Shown piece by piece: positions 21,058 through 31,882 of a stretch of 64,000 bases of DNA (position 1 is the first letter of the stretch; every line of letters starts with the position of its first letter). The notes beneath the pieces were generated by a model. That model did not search any database, was not told the origin of the DNA, and saw nothing but the letters and a program-made list of their open reading frames with translations. This stretch comes from an uncultured Gemmatimonadales bacterium (lineage in GTDB: Bacteria > Gemmatimonadota > Gemmatimonadetes > Gemmatimonadales > GWC2-71-9): the NCBI GenBank assembly GCA_963739455.1, contig CAVUAK010000001.1, positions 1,408,001 to 1,472,000 of the forward strand. Reading direction: 5' to 3'. Both the position numbers and the translations under genes were made by a program.

Positions 21058-22986
21058 CTACCTGGCGCCCACCTCGTCGTTCTCCCCGCCGCCCATCCCT
21101 CGCGCGACCTCGGCGAGGCGGACGAACTCGGCGCGGTACCCGCCGGGATCGGTGCCAATGTTCTGGCGGGCCATCGCAATGACGTTCTCCCAACTCGACT
21201 GCGCCTTGTACTCCGAGTTTCGGAGGAGCATGCCGTACTCAGCCACGGCAGCAGCGAAGCGGAGGTTCTCGTTGCCGCTGGCATTGTCGTCGCGGCGCAC
21301 GGTCTCGGAGATGAGGCGACTGGCGCCCACACCAGTGGGCTGCTGGTAGCGCAGCTTCACGGTGAAGAGTTCGTCGGTTGAAGCGCCGGTGTTCTTCGGC
21401 GCCTGGTACTTGAGCGGATCGACGCTGGTGCCGGTGCCACCCTTGCCCACCAGGACCACCTCGTAGATCGCCGTGACAGCGTGACCCGCGCCGAGCTCGC
21501 CGCCATCCTTGGTGTCGTCATTGAAGTCTTCCGCCGCCATGAGGCGGTTCTCGTAGCCGATGAGGCGGTACTCCGCCACCTGCGCCGGATTGAACTCGAC
21601 CTGGACCTTCGCGTCCTTCGCGATGGTCACCAGGGTGGCGCCCATTTCCTGCACGAACACCTTTCGTGCCTCCATGATGTCGTCGACATAGGCGTAGTGA
21701 CCGTTGCCCTTGTCGGCGAGGGCCTCCATGCGGCTGTCCTTGAGGTTGCCGGTGCCAAAGCCGAGCACGGTGAGATAGGTGCCCTGCTGCTTCCTCGACT
21801 CGATAAGCCGCACCAGCTCGCCCTCGCTGGAGACACCGACGTTGAAGTCACCGTCGGTGGCGAGAATCACGCGGTTGTTGCCATTGGCGAGGTGATTCTG
21901 CTGCGCCACCTGGTAGGCGAGCTTGATGCCCTCGCCGCCGGCGGTAGAGCCACCGGCCTGGAGCTCATCGAGCGCCGCAAGGATGGTGCGCTTGTCGGAG
22001 CCGGGCGTGGATGGAAGCACCAGGCCCGCGGCTCCGGCATAGACGACGATCGCGACGCGATCCTCCGGGCGAAGCTGCTCGACCAGGAGACGGAAGGCGC
22101 GCTGCACGAGCGGCAGCTTGTCGGGCGACGCCATGGAGCCGGAGACATCGAGCAGGAAGACGAGGTTGCTGGGCGGCAGCTCGCGCGCATCGATGCGGCG
22201 GCCCTGCAGCCCAATGAGTACGAGGCGATGGTCGTTGGCCCATGGTGCCGGCATTTGCGCGGTAGTTACGGAAAAGGGGTCGCTGCCGCGGGGATCGGGA
22301 TAGTTGTAGGGGAAATAGTTGATGAGCTCTTCGACACGCACGGCATCGGCGGGCGGACGCTGTCCCTGGGTGAGGAAGCGGCGGACGTTGGAGTAGGATG
22401 CAGCGTCAACGTCGATCGCGAAGGTCGAGAGCGGGCTCGTCGCGGGGCGCTGGAACCCGTTGTCCCTGAAGTTGTGGTAGTCCTCGGTGTTGAACGGCTG
22501 CTGCCTGGCGTACGCCACACCCGGCATGTTGAAGGTCGAGGTCGCGCTCATGCCGAGGGCACGGACGCCGGGAGGCACGGCCTGCTTCGAGGCTACCTCG
22601 TCGCGTGCCGCGATGTCCTTCTCCTTCTCGTCGAGGCGTCCGGGTACCAGGCGAATATCGACAGTGGTGGCCTGGCCGGCGCGCACCACCACATTTGCAA
22701 TTACCGCGGTCTTCCACCCGGTCTGGGTAGCGCGAACGGTGACCATGCCTACGGGTACGCTGGTGAGGGCGTAGTGGCCGAGTGGATCGCTGACGGTGGA
22801 GATGCGGGTGCCGTCGACGGAAACAGCGACCCCGGCGATCAGGGCACCGTTGATGTCACGGACGGCGCCCTCGATGCGGCCGGTGGCCACGGGGCGGTCG
22901 GCCAGGGGAACCGCGGGGATCAGGGCGCAGGCGAGTGCCAGGCCCCGGGATTCGCGCAGCAGGTGCTGGAGAAAGGTGAAAGACAT
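21058..22986 (-). CDS. VWA domain protein, YfbK-like (vWF_A N-domain, VWA, DUF3520) with an N-terminal carboxypeptidase-regulatory-like domain
   Basis: PLSTFAIDVD.ASY, VRVEELINYF, MIDAS DVSGSM, ATDGDFNVG, YRLIGYENR, RFAAAVA. Confidence 0.92.
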   Translation of the reverse strand: MSFTFLQHLLRESRGLALACALIPAVPLADRPVATGRIEGAVRDINGALIAGVAVSVDGTRISTVSDPLGHYALTSVPVGMVTVRATQTGWKTAVIANVVVRAGQATTVDIRLVPGRLDEKEKDIAARDEVASKQAVPPGVRALGMSATSTFNMPGVAYARQQPFNTEDYHNFRDNGFQRPATSPLSTFAIDVDAASYSNVRRFLTQGQRPPADAVRVEELINYFPYNYPDPRGSDPFSVTTAQMPAPWANDHRLVLIGLQGRRIDARELPPSNLVFLLDVSGSMASPDKLPLVQRAFRLLVEQLRPEDRVAIVVYAGAAGLVLPSTPGSDKRTILAALDELQAGGSTAGGEGIKLAYQVAQQNHLANGNNRVILATDGDFNVGVSSEGELVRLIESRKQQGTYLTVLGFGTGNLKDSRMEALADKGNGHYAYVDDIMEARKVFVQEMGATLVTIAKDAKVQVEFNPAQVAEYRLIGYENRLMAAEDFNDDTKDGGELGAGHAVTAIYEVVLVGKGGTGTSVDPLKYQAPKNTGASTDELFTVKLRYQQPTGVGASRLISETVRRDDNASGNENLRFAAAVAEYGMLLRNSEYKAQSSWENVIAMARQNIGTDPGGYRAEFVRLAEVARGMGGGENDEVGAR

Positions 22987-23046
22987 TGCACGGCTCCATT
23001 GTGATGGTCGCATGGGGATGCGGGGAGCCGGGATTGGTGCACAAGA

Positions 23047-23142
23047 CAGTCGGCAGTCGGCAGTCGTCAATCGGCAAGGAGTCGTCAGTCGACGTAAGTG
23101 GCTGTTGACTCTCTGACGACTGTCGACTGCCGACTGCCGACT
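23047..23142. repeat. Heptamer arrays (CAGTCGG/CAGTCGT) arranged as an inverted pair
   Basis: cagtcggcagtcggcagtcgtc ... ctgacgactgtcgactgccgactgccgact. Confidence 0.85.
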
Positions 23143-23147
23143 TGGAC

Positions 23148-24368
23148 CTAGACGCGACGCTCCGGTGAGATGATGTCGGCGAACAGGAGGCCTGCAACGA
23201 GCGCGATGGCAGTGAGGACCATACGGAAGGCGGTCTGCACAGCGGGGACAACCTGGGCGTCGAGGAGCGACGACAGACTATTGAAGCCGATGGTTCCGGG
23301 GACGAGCATGAGCGTACCGGGAACGAGCATCACCACCGACGGCCGATTGCGGAGGCGACTGAAGAGGTTGCTGGCGATCCCGACCACCGAGGCGCCGACG
23401 AAGCTGCCCAGCTCGAGTCCAAGCGCCTGGGCGCCGATGCGTCCAGAGAGGACGGCGAGGAGCCCGGCGAGCACGACCCAGGGTGCATCGCGCAGCTCGG
23501 CCTTGAGGATCACGGTGAAGGCGAGGCCGGCGAGGAGTGCGCTGAGGAAAAACGTCCACTCGGGCAATGGCTGAATGGGTGCCAGCATCGGCGGCCCGAC
23601 CACGACAAGAGCGAGGCGGTTGCCGAGTGCGACGCCAAAGATGATGCCGAGAAACGTGATGCCGGCACCGGCGAGACGGGCGGTGCCCGACGCGAGGTGG
23701 CGAGTGGAGAGCTCGCGAATGGCGATGGTGAGCATGAAGCCCGGAATGAGCACGATGAGCCCGGCGAGCGTCGCGGTCATGGTGGCGAACGGCATCCAGA
23801 TGACGCTCAACACGCCGGCAATGAAGCTGGCGGTGCACGCGGCGACCGGCTCGTAGACGTCGCCCAGTGGCTTCACCCTGGCGGCCAGGAGTGCCAGGAG
23901 GCCGGTGATGATCCCGATGACCACGCCGACACCGATCTCGCGCAGGCCGCCGCCAAGGAAACGGGCGACGGCGCCAGAGGTGAGGGCGAAGGCGGTCACC
24001 AGGAGCACATCGCCGTACGGCGCGGGGGACGCCTCGATCTCGTCGATGCGGGCGAGGCCGGCCTCGGGCGACATGGTGCCACCCACGACGTCGCTCACGA
24101 TCCGGTCCAGCCGGGTGAGGTGCGTCAGGCTGATCGAGCCGGGCTCGACCCGGAGGAGGTGCGTCCGCTGATTGTCGAGCGCACCGAACGCCGCATAGAT
24201 GGCGGTGGGCGTGGAGAAAATCTGGGGAAGGGGCAGCCCGAGCTTCTCGGCGAGCCGGGCCATGGCGCGTTCGAGGCGGCTGGCGGAGAACCCGGCGCGG
24301 TGGAGTGCGCGGCCCATGCGGAGCACGAACTCGACGGCATGCGGTGAGAGCGGTGCGGATGACGTCAC
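23148..24368 (-). CDS. Threonine/serine exporter, ThrE family
   Basis: Soluble N-terminus followed by about 10 TMs, with the duplicated motifs LIPG and LVPG. Confidence 0.88.
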   Translation of the reverse strand: MTSSAPLSPHAVEFVLRMGRALHRAGFSASRLERAMARLAEKLGLPLPQIFSTPTAIYAAFGALDNQRTHLLRVEPGSISLTHLTRLDRIVSDVVGGTMSPEAGLARIDEIEASPAPYGDVLLVTAFALTSGAVARFLGGGLREIGVGVVIGIITGLLALLAARVKPLGDVYEPVAACTASFIAGVLSVIWMPFATMTATLAGLIVLIPGFMLTIAIRELSTRHLASGTARLAGAGITFLGIIFGVALGNRLALVVVGPPMLAPIQPLPEWTFFLSALLAGLAFTVILKAELRDAPWVVLAGLLAVLSGRIGAQALGLELGSFVGASVVGIASNLFSRLRNRPSVVMLVPGTLMLVPGTIGFNSLSSLLDAQVVPAVQTAFRMVLTAIALVAGLLFADIISPERRV

Positions 24369-24409
24369 GCGCCGAAGATAGCGGGAGTGCCGGGGCAGCG
24401 CGTTAGGTT

Positions 24410-25687
24410 ATGCGCGTGACTGACGAGCGAGCGGAAGGTCCGGGAAGAATCGTGATCGTCGGTGCCGGCGCGACCGGTACGATGGCGGCAATTTTCGCGG
24501 CCGAGGCTGCCGCGTTGCGGTTGCCCCGGCGTGAGGTGTTGCTGCTGGAGCGGACGCAGGATGGGGGGCGGAAGATCCTCATCAGCGGTGGCGGACGCTG
24601 CAACATCCTCCCGTCGAAGGTCGACGTGACGCGGTTCGTCACCGACTCATCGACCAACAGCCTGCGCAACATCCTCAAGGGCTGGCCACTGGAGGAGCAG
24701 GTTCGCTTCTTCAACGAGCGGCTCGGCCTCGACCTTACGCTCGAGGAGGAGAGCGGGAAGCTCTTTCCGCGATCGAACAAGGCGCGGGACGTGCGCGACG
24801 GGCTGCTCGCGCTGGCGACGTCGGTCGGTGTGCAAATGCGCTTCGGCGTGACAGTGGAGAGCGTGGAGCCGCCGGGCAGGCTGGGCGAGGAATGGCAGGT
24901 CGTGTTGACGGGCGGCGAGCGGATTGCAGCAAGTGCCGTGGTGCTGGCGACGGGAGGGCTCTCGGTGCCGGCGACGGGGAGCGACGGCACGGGGCTCCGG
25001 GTCGCGGCAGCGCTGGGGCATGAAATGCATCCTACTTATCCGGCGCTCACCCCACTCACGGCGAATGAACCTCGACACTCGGCGCTCTCGGGGATTTCGC
25101 TTCCCGTCACACTGGGCGCACGGGTGGATGGGAAGCGATTCAGTGCCACCGGTGGATTCCTGTTCACGCACAGGGGGTACAGCGGGCCATCGGTGCTGGA
25201 CCTGTCGCACCTCGCGGTGCGGTCGCGGCTCGGGGGTATGGCGAGGCAGGAGATCACGGTGCAGTGGACCCCACTCGACGCTGCAGCCTGGGAGGAACGG
25301 CTCCGCGCCGGCGGGACGGTGCACGTGGGTACGCTGGTGCGGCGCGAGCTGCCCGAACGCCTGGCGGAGATGGTGCTGGCGTCGGCGGAAGTGAATGGTT
25401 CCACGCCGGCGGCGCAGCTCAAGCGCGACGATCGACAGCGCCTGGTGACGGCGCTCGCGAGCATGGCCCTGCCGTGGACGGGCGATGAGGGCTACAAGAA
25501 GGCAGAGGTGACGGGCGGAGGTGTCGCTCTCAGTGAGATCGATCCACGGACGATGGAGAGCCGGCGGCACCGAGGATTGTTCCTGTGTGGTGAAATGCTG
25601 GACGCGTTCGGGCCGATCGGGGGATACAACTTCTTGTGGGCGTGGGCGACGGGGAGGGCGGCGGGGATTGGAGCGGGAACAGCATGA
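24410..25687 (+). CDS. HI0933/YhiN/BaiN family flavoprotein
   Basis: IVGAGATG, GRKILISGGGRCN, ATGGLS.P.TGSDG, FTHRGYSGP, VTGGGV, GPIGGYN..WA..TG. Confidence 0.93.
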   Translation: MRVTDERAEGPGRIVIVGAGATGTMAAIFAAEAAALRLPRREVLLLERTQDGGRKILISGGGRCNILPSKVDVTRFVTDSSTNSLRNILKGWPLEEQVRFFNERLGLDLTLEEESGKLFPRSNKARDVRDGLLALATSVGVQMRFGVTVESVEPPGRLGEEWQVVLTGGERIAASAVVLATGGLSVPATGSDGTGLRVAAALGHEMHPTYPALTPLTANEPRHSALSGISLPVTLGARVDGKRFSATGGFLFTHRGYSGPSVLDLSHLAVRSRLGGMARQEITVQWTPLDAAAWEERLRAGGTVHVGTLVRRELPERLAEMVLASAEVNGSTPAAQLKRDDRQRLVTALASMALPWTGDEGYKKAEVTGGGVALSEIDPRTMESRRHRGLFLCGEMLDAFGPIGGYNFLWAWATGRAAGIGAGTA

Positions 25688-25727
25688 GGAGGAACCGCAA
25701 CTGCGTGAGGAGGAACTACGACTGCGT
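25678..25727 (+). repeat. 21-bp repeat family copy containing the stop codons of both convergent genes
   Basis: aacagcaTGAggaggaaccgc aactgcgtgaggaggaaCTAc gactgcgt. Confidence 0.85.
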
Positions 25728-27807
25728 AAAGCGGGTCGTATCCAGCACGAAGGCATACCTGAAGGCGACTTCCCTCAAGTAATCGTACCTCCCACTGGCC
25801 CCGGCGTGACCGGCGCCCATGTTGGTGCGGAGGAGCAACCGATTGCTGTCGGTCTTCAGTTCGCGAAGCTTCGCGGTCCACTTGGCCGGCTCCCAATAGG
25901 CCACGCGGGGATCGTTGAGCCCGGCCGTGACGAGCAGGTTGGGATACGCCTTCGGCGCCACGTTGTCGTATGGTGAATACGACAGGATGTACCGGTAGGC
26001 CGACTCGTCGGCGGTGGGATTGCCCCACTCGTCGTACTCGATGACGGTGAGTGGCAGGCTCGGGTCGAGCATGGTGTTGACGACGTCCACGAAGGGCACG
26101 TCGGCCACCACGGTGGTAAACAGGTCGGGCCGGAGGTTGGTGACGGCGCCCATGAGCAGGCCGCCGGCGCTGCCGCCGGTAATCGCCAGGCGGTCGCTGG
26201 AGGTGTAGCGCTGCGCGACCAGGTGCTCAGCGCAGGCAATGAAGTCGGTGAAGGTGTTGCGCTTCTTCTTCTGCTTCCCGTCGTCGTACCAGCGACGGCC
26301 CATTTCCTCGCCGCCGCGCACGTGGGCGATGCCCACGATGAATCCCCGATCGAGCAGGCTCAGGTAGTGAGACGAGAACGAGGGATCGAAGTTGATCCCG
26401 TAGGAGCCGTACGCCTGGAGGTACATCGGGCGCTGGCCGTCCTGCACGAGCGGCTCCTTCCACACCAGCGAAATCGGCACCTGCACACCGTCGCCGGCGG
26501 TGGCCTGGAGACGGGCAGAGCGATACTGCGTCCGGTCGTACCCGCTGGGGATGACCTGTTCCTTCCGCAGGCTCCAGGTGCGCGCGTTCATGTCATAGTC
26601 GACGACCGACGCGGGGGTGACGAGCGAGGTGTAGGTGAAGCGGACGGTGCTGGAGTTCCACTCGGGGTTACCGTGGCGGCGCACGCTGTACACCGGCTCC
26701 GGGAAGGCCACCCGATGGCTCATGCCGCCGTCGATGTCGATGATCCTGACCTGCGGCAGCCCGCCCTCGCGCTCGTACACCACGAGGTGCGAGGCGAACG
26801 CCTCCACCGCGTCGAGCTTGATGGACTCGGTGGGCGGAATGACGACCTGCCACGCGGTGGACGGATCGCTGGTGGGCACACTCACCAGCTGGAAGTTGCG
26901 GGCACCCTTGTTGGTGACGAGGTAGAACCGGTCGCCACGATGGGTGACGTCGTACTCGATGCCGGCCATGCGCGGGCGCACGATCCGGAACGGCGCTTCC
27001 GGCTGCGTGGCCGGGGCGTAGCGCGTCTCGGACGTGGCGTGACTGGCCGACTCGATGAGAAGGAAGGCGCGACTCTTCGTGAGCTCGACGCCCACCCAGA
27101 AGGCCTCGTCCCTCTCCTCGTACACCATGGTATCTGCGCCCAGGGTGCCGACCCGATGGCGCCAGACCTGTGAGGGCCGCTGGGCGGCGTCCAGGGTGAC
27201 GTAGAACAGCGTCTCACTGTCAGCGGCCCAGGCGAGATTACCGCTGGTACCTGGAATGGCCTCGGAAAGAATGGTGCCGGTGACCAGGTCCTTCACGCGC
27301 GCGACGTAGACCTCGGAGCCGGAGATATCCTCGCCCCAGGTAAGGCGCCGCTGGTCAGGGCTGACGCGTGAGGCCGGCGGCCCGGTAGTAGGCGTGCCCG
27401 GCGGCCCGCTCGTTCTGGTCGAGCAGCACTTCCTCGGCAGCATCAGCGGCGTCGCGGCGCCGGCAGAGGATCGGGTACTGGCTTCCCTCAGCGGTGCGCA
27501 GGTAGTAGAGCCACCCGCTCTCGAGCTCGGGAACGGTGAGGTCCGTCTCCTGGATTCGTCCACGCAGCTCCTGGAACAGCGTCTCCTGCAGCGCGCGCGT
27601 CGGCTGCATGACGGTGTCGGTCCAGGCATTCTCGGCCCGCAGGTACTCGAGCACGGCCGGGTCTTCCCGGTCCCGAAGCCAGAAGTACTGGTCGACGCGG
27701 GTATCACCATGCACTGTCGTGACATGGGGGCGCCGCGGGGCTCCCGGAGGGGTGGGGCCCGACGGGGCCTCCAGGGCAGGACCAGGGATGGTGGACGGGG
27801 TACTCAT
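25716..27807 (-). CDS. ptrB: Oligopeptidase B (S9A); frameshifted near 27360-27385
   Basis: HGDTRVDQYFWLR, YGSYG, HVRGG, catalytic GGSAGG, D in NDPRVAYWEPAKW, H in GAGHAG. Confidence 0.93.
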
Positions 27808-27957
27808 AGGGGGCGGGAAATAGCGGCAACCAGGGACGGGCGTCAAGCGCGTGTCCAGTTTGGGAGGTATCTTTGACGACACAATCTCCGCCCGACGGCA
27901 GGGAATCCAGTGGCGCAGGTTGGCCTCCTAACTCACTTCGTAACAAGAGGTTGAAGC

Positions 27958-29402
27958 ATGAAGCGGTGCATCATATCGATGCTCCTTGCTGTCGCGACGG
28001 TGGCCTGTGCCACCAACCCTGTTACAGGGAAATCCGAGCTCTCACTCATCTCTGAATCGCAGGAGATCGAGATCGGGCGCCAGGAGGCCCAGAAGACGCT
28101 CCAATCGATCGGCGAGTACGACAATGCCGCGGCGCAGGCGCTGGTGCGGCAGATCGGGATGCACATGGCGTCAACGTCGGAGCGGCCCAACCTCCCGTGG
28201 GAATTCCACGTGCTCGACGACGCCCAGGTAAACGCGTTCGCCCTGCCGGGCGGCTACATCTTCGTGACGCGCGGGATCATGGCGTACATGAACGACGAGG
28301 CGGAGCTGGCATCGGTGATCGGTCATGAGATCGGGCACGTGACGGCGCAAGCACTCGGTGAGCCAGATGAGCAACCAGCAACTGGCCCAGGTGGGCCTGG
28401 TGGCCGGGATGGTGATCTCGCCCACGGTGCGGGGCATGGGCGCCGAGCTGCAGCAGGGAATGCAGCTGCTCTTCCTCAAGTTCAGCCGGGATGACGAGTC
28501 GCAAGCCGACGTGCTCGGCTTCCGGTACATGGCGAAGGACGGTTACGACGTGCGCGCGGCGACGGACATGTTCCGCACGCTGGACCGGATCAGCGGCCCG
28601 CCAGGACAACGGCTGCCGGAATGGGCGTCCACCCACCCCGACCCCGACAACCGGGTGCACAAGGCGGAGCAGCGGGCGGACTCACTGCAGCAGGGTGGGC
28701 GCAGCCTCAGCGGCGCAACGATCGGCCGCGAGTCGTACATGAAGCTGCTGGACGGATTCGCCTTCGGGGAGGATCCGCGGCAGGGCTACTTCAAGAACGG
28801 GGTGTTCTATCATCCCGACCTCAAGTTCGAGCTGACGTTTCCCGCGGGGTGGCCGACGCAGAACAAGCCGGAAGGGGTGCTCGCGGCGTCGCCGCAGTCA
28901 GATGCGGCGGTGCAACTGCGCCTGGCGGGGAAGGGCACGTCGGCGGCCACGGCGGCCAGTACGTTCTTTTCGCAGGAGGGAGTGCAGACCGCCGGAACGA
29001 GCAATGCGCGGATCAACGGACTGCCGGCGACCGCGGGCGATTTCCAGGCGCACCTCGAGGACGGCACGACCGTGGCCGGCAGCTGCCGCGTTCATCGAGT
29101 ACGGCGAGTACACGTACATGATCATGGGGTATACGCTGCCGTCGCACACGCAGTCGGTGGCGGCGATCCGGCAGGTGATGCGCACCTTCAAGCCGCTCAC
29201 CGACCCGGCATACCTCAATGTGCAGGCGGCGCGACTCGACATGGTGAAGGTGCCGCGCGAGATGTCGCTGGAGCAGTTCAACCGCCAGTTCCCCTCGACG
29301 ATCAGCATGGCCCAGCTGGCCGCGATCAACGGGGTGGACAATGAGAGCTCTGCGTTGCGGGCGGGGCAACTGGCGAAGCGGGTGACCGGGGGACTCAAGT
29401 AA
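27958..29402 (+). CDS. M48 family metalloprotease lipoprotein with a C-terminal extension; frameshifts at ~28350 and ~29085
   Basis: VACATNPVTG lipobox, VNAFALPGG, HEIGH, FSRDDESQAD, STHP. Confidence 0.88.
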
Positions 29403-29423
29403 CTGTCACGCTGGAGCGCAGGT

Positions 29424-31298
29424 TTGCCGGAGTCGCCACACAACGTCCGATTTCCCATCATGGCACCGCCGCGTCCGTCGACGGTGCATGAGGTTGCGTC
29501 CGCGTCCGACGCCGGTCGCCGGCGGGGTCGCAACGTGGACGCGGTCGCCGTCTTGGGCCTTGGGCTGCCACAGGACGACCTCGACATCGTGGTGCTCGCG
29601 GTGTCGGATGGCCTGGGCGAGCATGCGCGGGGTGACGGCACCAGTTCGGTGGCGGTCGAGGCGTTCGGGGATGCGCTGGGCGGGCTGGTGGGTTCGCTGC
29701 ATATCGGGCCGCGCTGGCAGTTCGCGATGGCGGAGATCGTGGAGACGGCGGTGGCCGACACGAACGCGAGGGTTCGCGCGCTGCCGGAGGTGAGCGACGG
29801 CGTGCCGGCGGCCACCACGCTCACGGCGGCGGTCCTGATGGGCGACTGGCTCTGTGCGGTGCACGTGGGGAACAGCCGGGTATACCGGTTGTCGGCGAAC
29901 GAGCTGGAGCAGCTCACCGAGGATCATGCGCAGGACCCGCTCGCGCTGCTCACGCCGCCGCGCGAGGACATGCTCACGATCAACGACACGGGGCGCCTGG
30001 CGTCGGCGCTGGGCGTGTCCGAGGTGGCGACGCCGAGCGTGCTGTTCCGGCGGATAGCGCCGGGTGACGTCATCGCGGTGTGCAGCGATGGCCTGCATGA
30101 GCAGCTGGAGGGTGAGGAACTCGCGCGGCTGCTGAATGCGCCCGGTTCGCTGGAGGACATCGCGGCGCGGCTGGTGGCCGCGGCGAATGCGCATGGGGGC
30201 GACGACAACGTCAGTGTTTGCCTGGCGCGGGTGGGGAAGGTGACGACCCGGCTCCCGGCCCCGGATGAGCGGGCGGCCCGCCTGTACGGCGACGTCGCGG
30301 CGACGATCCTGCCGAGGTACCAGGCGGAGGCTCCACGGCAATGGCTGCCCGACCGGATCGGGCTGGTGGCGGGATTCCTGGGTTCGCTGGTGTTGCTGGT
30401 GGGGTTCGTGGCGTGGGATGGTTATAAGGCGGGGAAGGCGGGGAAGGCGGGGAGGGCGGGTGAAGAGAGGGCGGGGATGGCGGGGATGGCGGGGAAGGCG
30501 GGGAAGGCGGGAGACGTTCTCGCAGAGTCGGTGTGGAGTGCGGGGCCGGCACCTGCGCCGCCCCCGGTGGCGGTGGCAGCAGATACGCACGCCGTTGCAG
30601 AGAAGCCGACCAAGTCGGCTGTGAGTATCGACTCGACCCCGCGTGTTCCGTCGGCGGTGGTTGCGGACTCGATCGCGGGGGCACTGGCCCTCAAGCGAGA
30701 GGCGGCGCAGGAAAAGGTGCAGCGCCTGCGCGATTCGCTGGTCGAGTCGCGCATGGCGGAGGCGGAGCGTCAACGGCGCGACTCGGTGGAACTGGCCGAC
30801 GCGGCCGCGGTGAGGCTGGCAGAGCAGCGCTCGCGAGATTCCTCTGCCGCCGCCGAGAAGCACCGGCGCGACTCGGTCGAGGCACAGGAGCGGGTGGAGG
30901 CGCAGGCGCGGGCGGCGGCGCAGGCGGAAACGACGCGGGTGACCCAGGAGCGCTTGCGGGAGACGCGGCTGGCCTCGGGGCGCGCGGCGCTCAACGGGTG
31001 GTTGCAGCGCGTGGTCGCAGCGGTGAGTGCGGGAGAATCACACGCGGCGGTACTGACGGCGGGGCCATCGAGCTTTGCCGCGTTCGTGGAGAAGAACAGC
31101 CCGAAGATCTCGGACGCGAGCATGACGTCGCTCGAGGTGGATGAATCATCGGGCGAGGCGACGGCGGAGTGGCTGCTCAAGTGGCGGAGCAACTTCGGCA
31201 CGGCGACACAGCGACGGGTGAAGGCATCGGCGACGGTGGTGCGCGATGGAGAGACATGGCGCCTGCTGGGGTGGAAGATTCTCGAGGGGGAGCCGTGA
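29424..31298 (+). CDS. PP2C-like Ser/Thr phosphatase domain plus TM helix and coiled-coil extracytoplasmic tail
   Basis: SD.GRRR..NVD, VSDGLG, TTLT, HVGNSRVY, QLTEDH, CSDGL, GG.DNVS; TM IGLVAGFLGSLVLLVGFV. Confidence 0.82.
   Translation: MPESPHNVRFPIMAPPRPSTVHEVASASDAGRRRGRNVDAVAVLGLGLPQDDLDIVVLAVSDGLGEHARGDGTSSVAVEAFGDALGGLVGSLHIGPRWQFAMAEIVETAVADTNARVRALPEVSDGVPAATTLTAAVLMGDWLCAVHVGNSRVYRLSANELEQLTEDHAQDPLALLTPPREDMLTINDTGRLASALGVSEVATPSVLFRRIAPGDVIAVCSDGLHEQLEGEELARLLNAPGSLEDIAARLVAAANAHGGDDNVSVCLARVGKVTTRLPAPDERAARLYGDVAATILPRYQAEAPRQWLPDRIGLVAGFLGSLVLLVGFVAWDGYKAGKAGKAGRAGEERAGMAGMAGKAGKAGDVLAESVWSAGPAPAPPPVAVAADTHAVAEKPTKSAVSIDSTPRVPSAVVADSIAGALALKREAAQEKVQRLRDSLVESRMAEAERQRRDSVELADAAAVRLAEQRSRDSSAAAEKHRRDSVEAQERVEAQARAAAQAETTRVTQERLRETRLASGRAALNGWLQRVVAAVSAGESHAAVLTAGPSSFAAFVEKNSPKISDASMTSLEVDESSGEATAEWLLKWRSNFGTATQRRVKASATVVRDGETWRLLGWKILEGEP
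30426..30513 (+). repeat. 9-bp G-rich array, in frame just after the TM helix of the PP2C-like gene
   Basis: Encodes [29 protein letters not shown]. Confidence 0.88.
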
Positions 31299-31882
31299 TG
31301 ATAAAGGCGGGGAGGGCGGGGAGGGCGGGGAAGGCGGGGAAGGCGCTGGGGTTCCTATTGCTACTTGCGGTGCCGCTCGCGGCGCAGTCGCGGGAGCTCG
31401 TATCCGTCCAGGTGTCCGGGGAACTGGTGTTCCCGACGGAAGACTACGGTGTACTGGAGAAGAGCGTGACGCTTGGGTGGGAGGCGCAGGCGCGCCTCAC
31501 GTTCGGGCGCTTCTCGGTCGGTGCCGGCTACCAGCGGAGCACGGTGTTCAAGTCTGACGCGAGCGTCGGGGATATCACGGCGACGCTGTCGGTGGGCTTC
31601 GTGGAACCGAGATATGTGCTGGGGGTGTTCGGGAATGTGGCGGCGCCCTATGTGGCGGCGCGACTCGGTTACGGCGGGCTGCTGATCCGCTCGCCGAGTG
31701 ACCTGGTCCGCTCGACGGAGAACTCGTTCATCTACGGCGGCGGCGCGGGCGTGATCTTCCAGCTGGCGCAGCGGGTCGGCATCGACCTCGGCGCACAGTA
31801 CTTCGTCGCGGACTTCACTGGGAACCAGGGAAGCGCGGGTTATTTCCTCACTCGACTTGGGGTGTCTGTTGGTCTCTTCTAG
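31298..31882 (+). CDS. Outer membrane beta-barrel protein (8-stranded, OmpA/OmpW-like)
   Basis: Signal peptide ending PLAA-Q, amphipathic beta strands, PYV.ARLGYG, YGGGAGV, C-terminal Phe. Confidence 0.75.
   Translation: MIKAGRAGRAGKAGKALGFLLLLAVPLAAQSRELVSVQVSGELVFPTEDYGVLEKSVTLGWEAQARLTFGRFSVGAGYQRSTVFKSDASVGDITATLSVGFVEPRYVLGVFGNVAAPYVAARLGYGGLLIRSPSDLVRSTENSFIYGGGAGVIFQLAQRVGIDLGAQYFVADFTGNQGSAGYFLTRLGVSVGLF
31304..31345 (+). repeat. 9-bp G-rich array forming the n-region of a signal peptide
   Basis: Encodes [14 protein letters not shown]. Confidence 0.85.
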
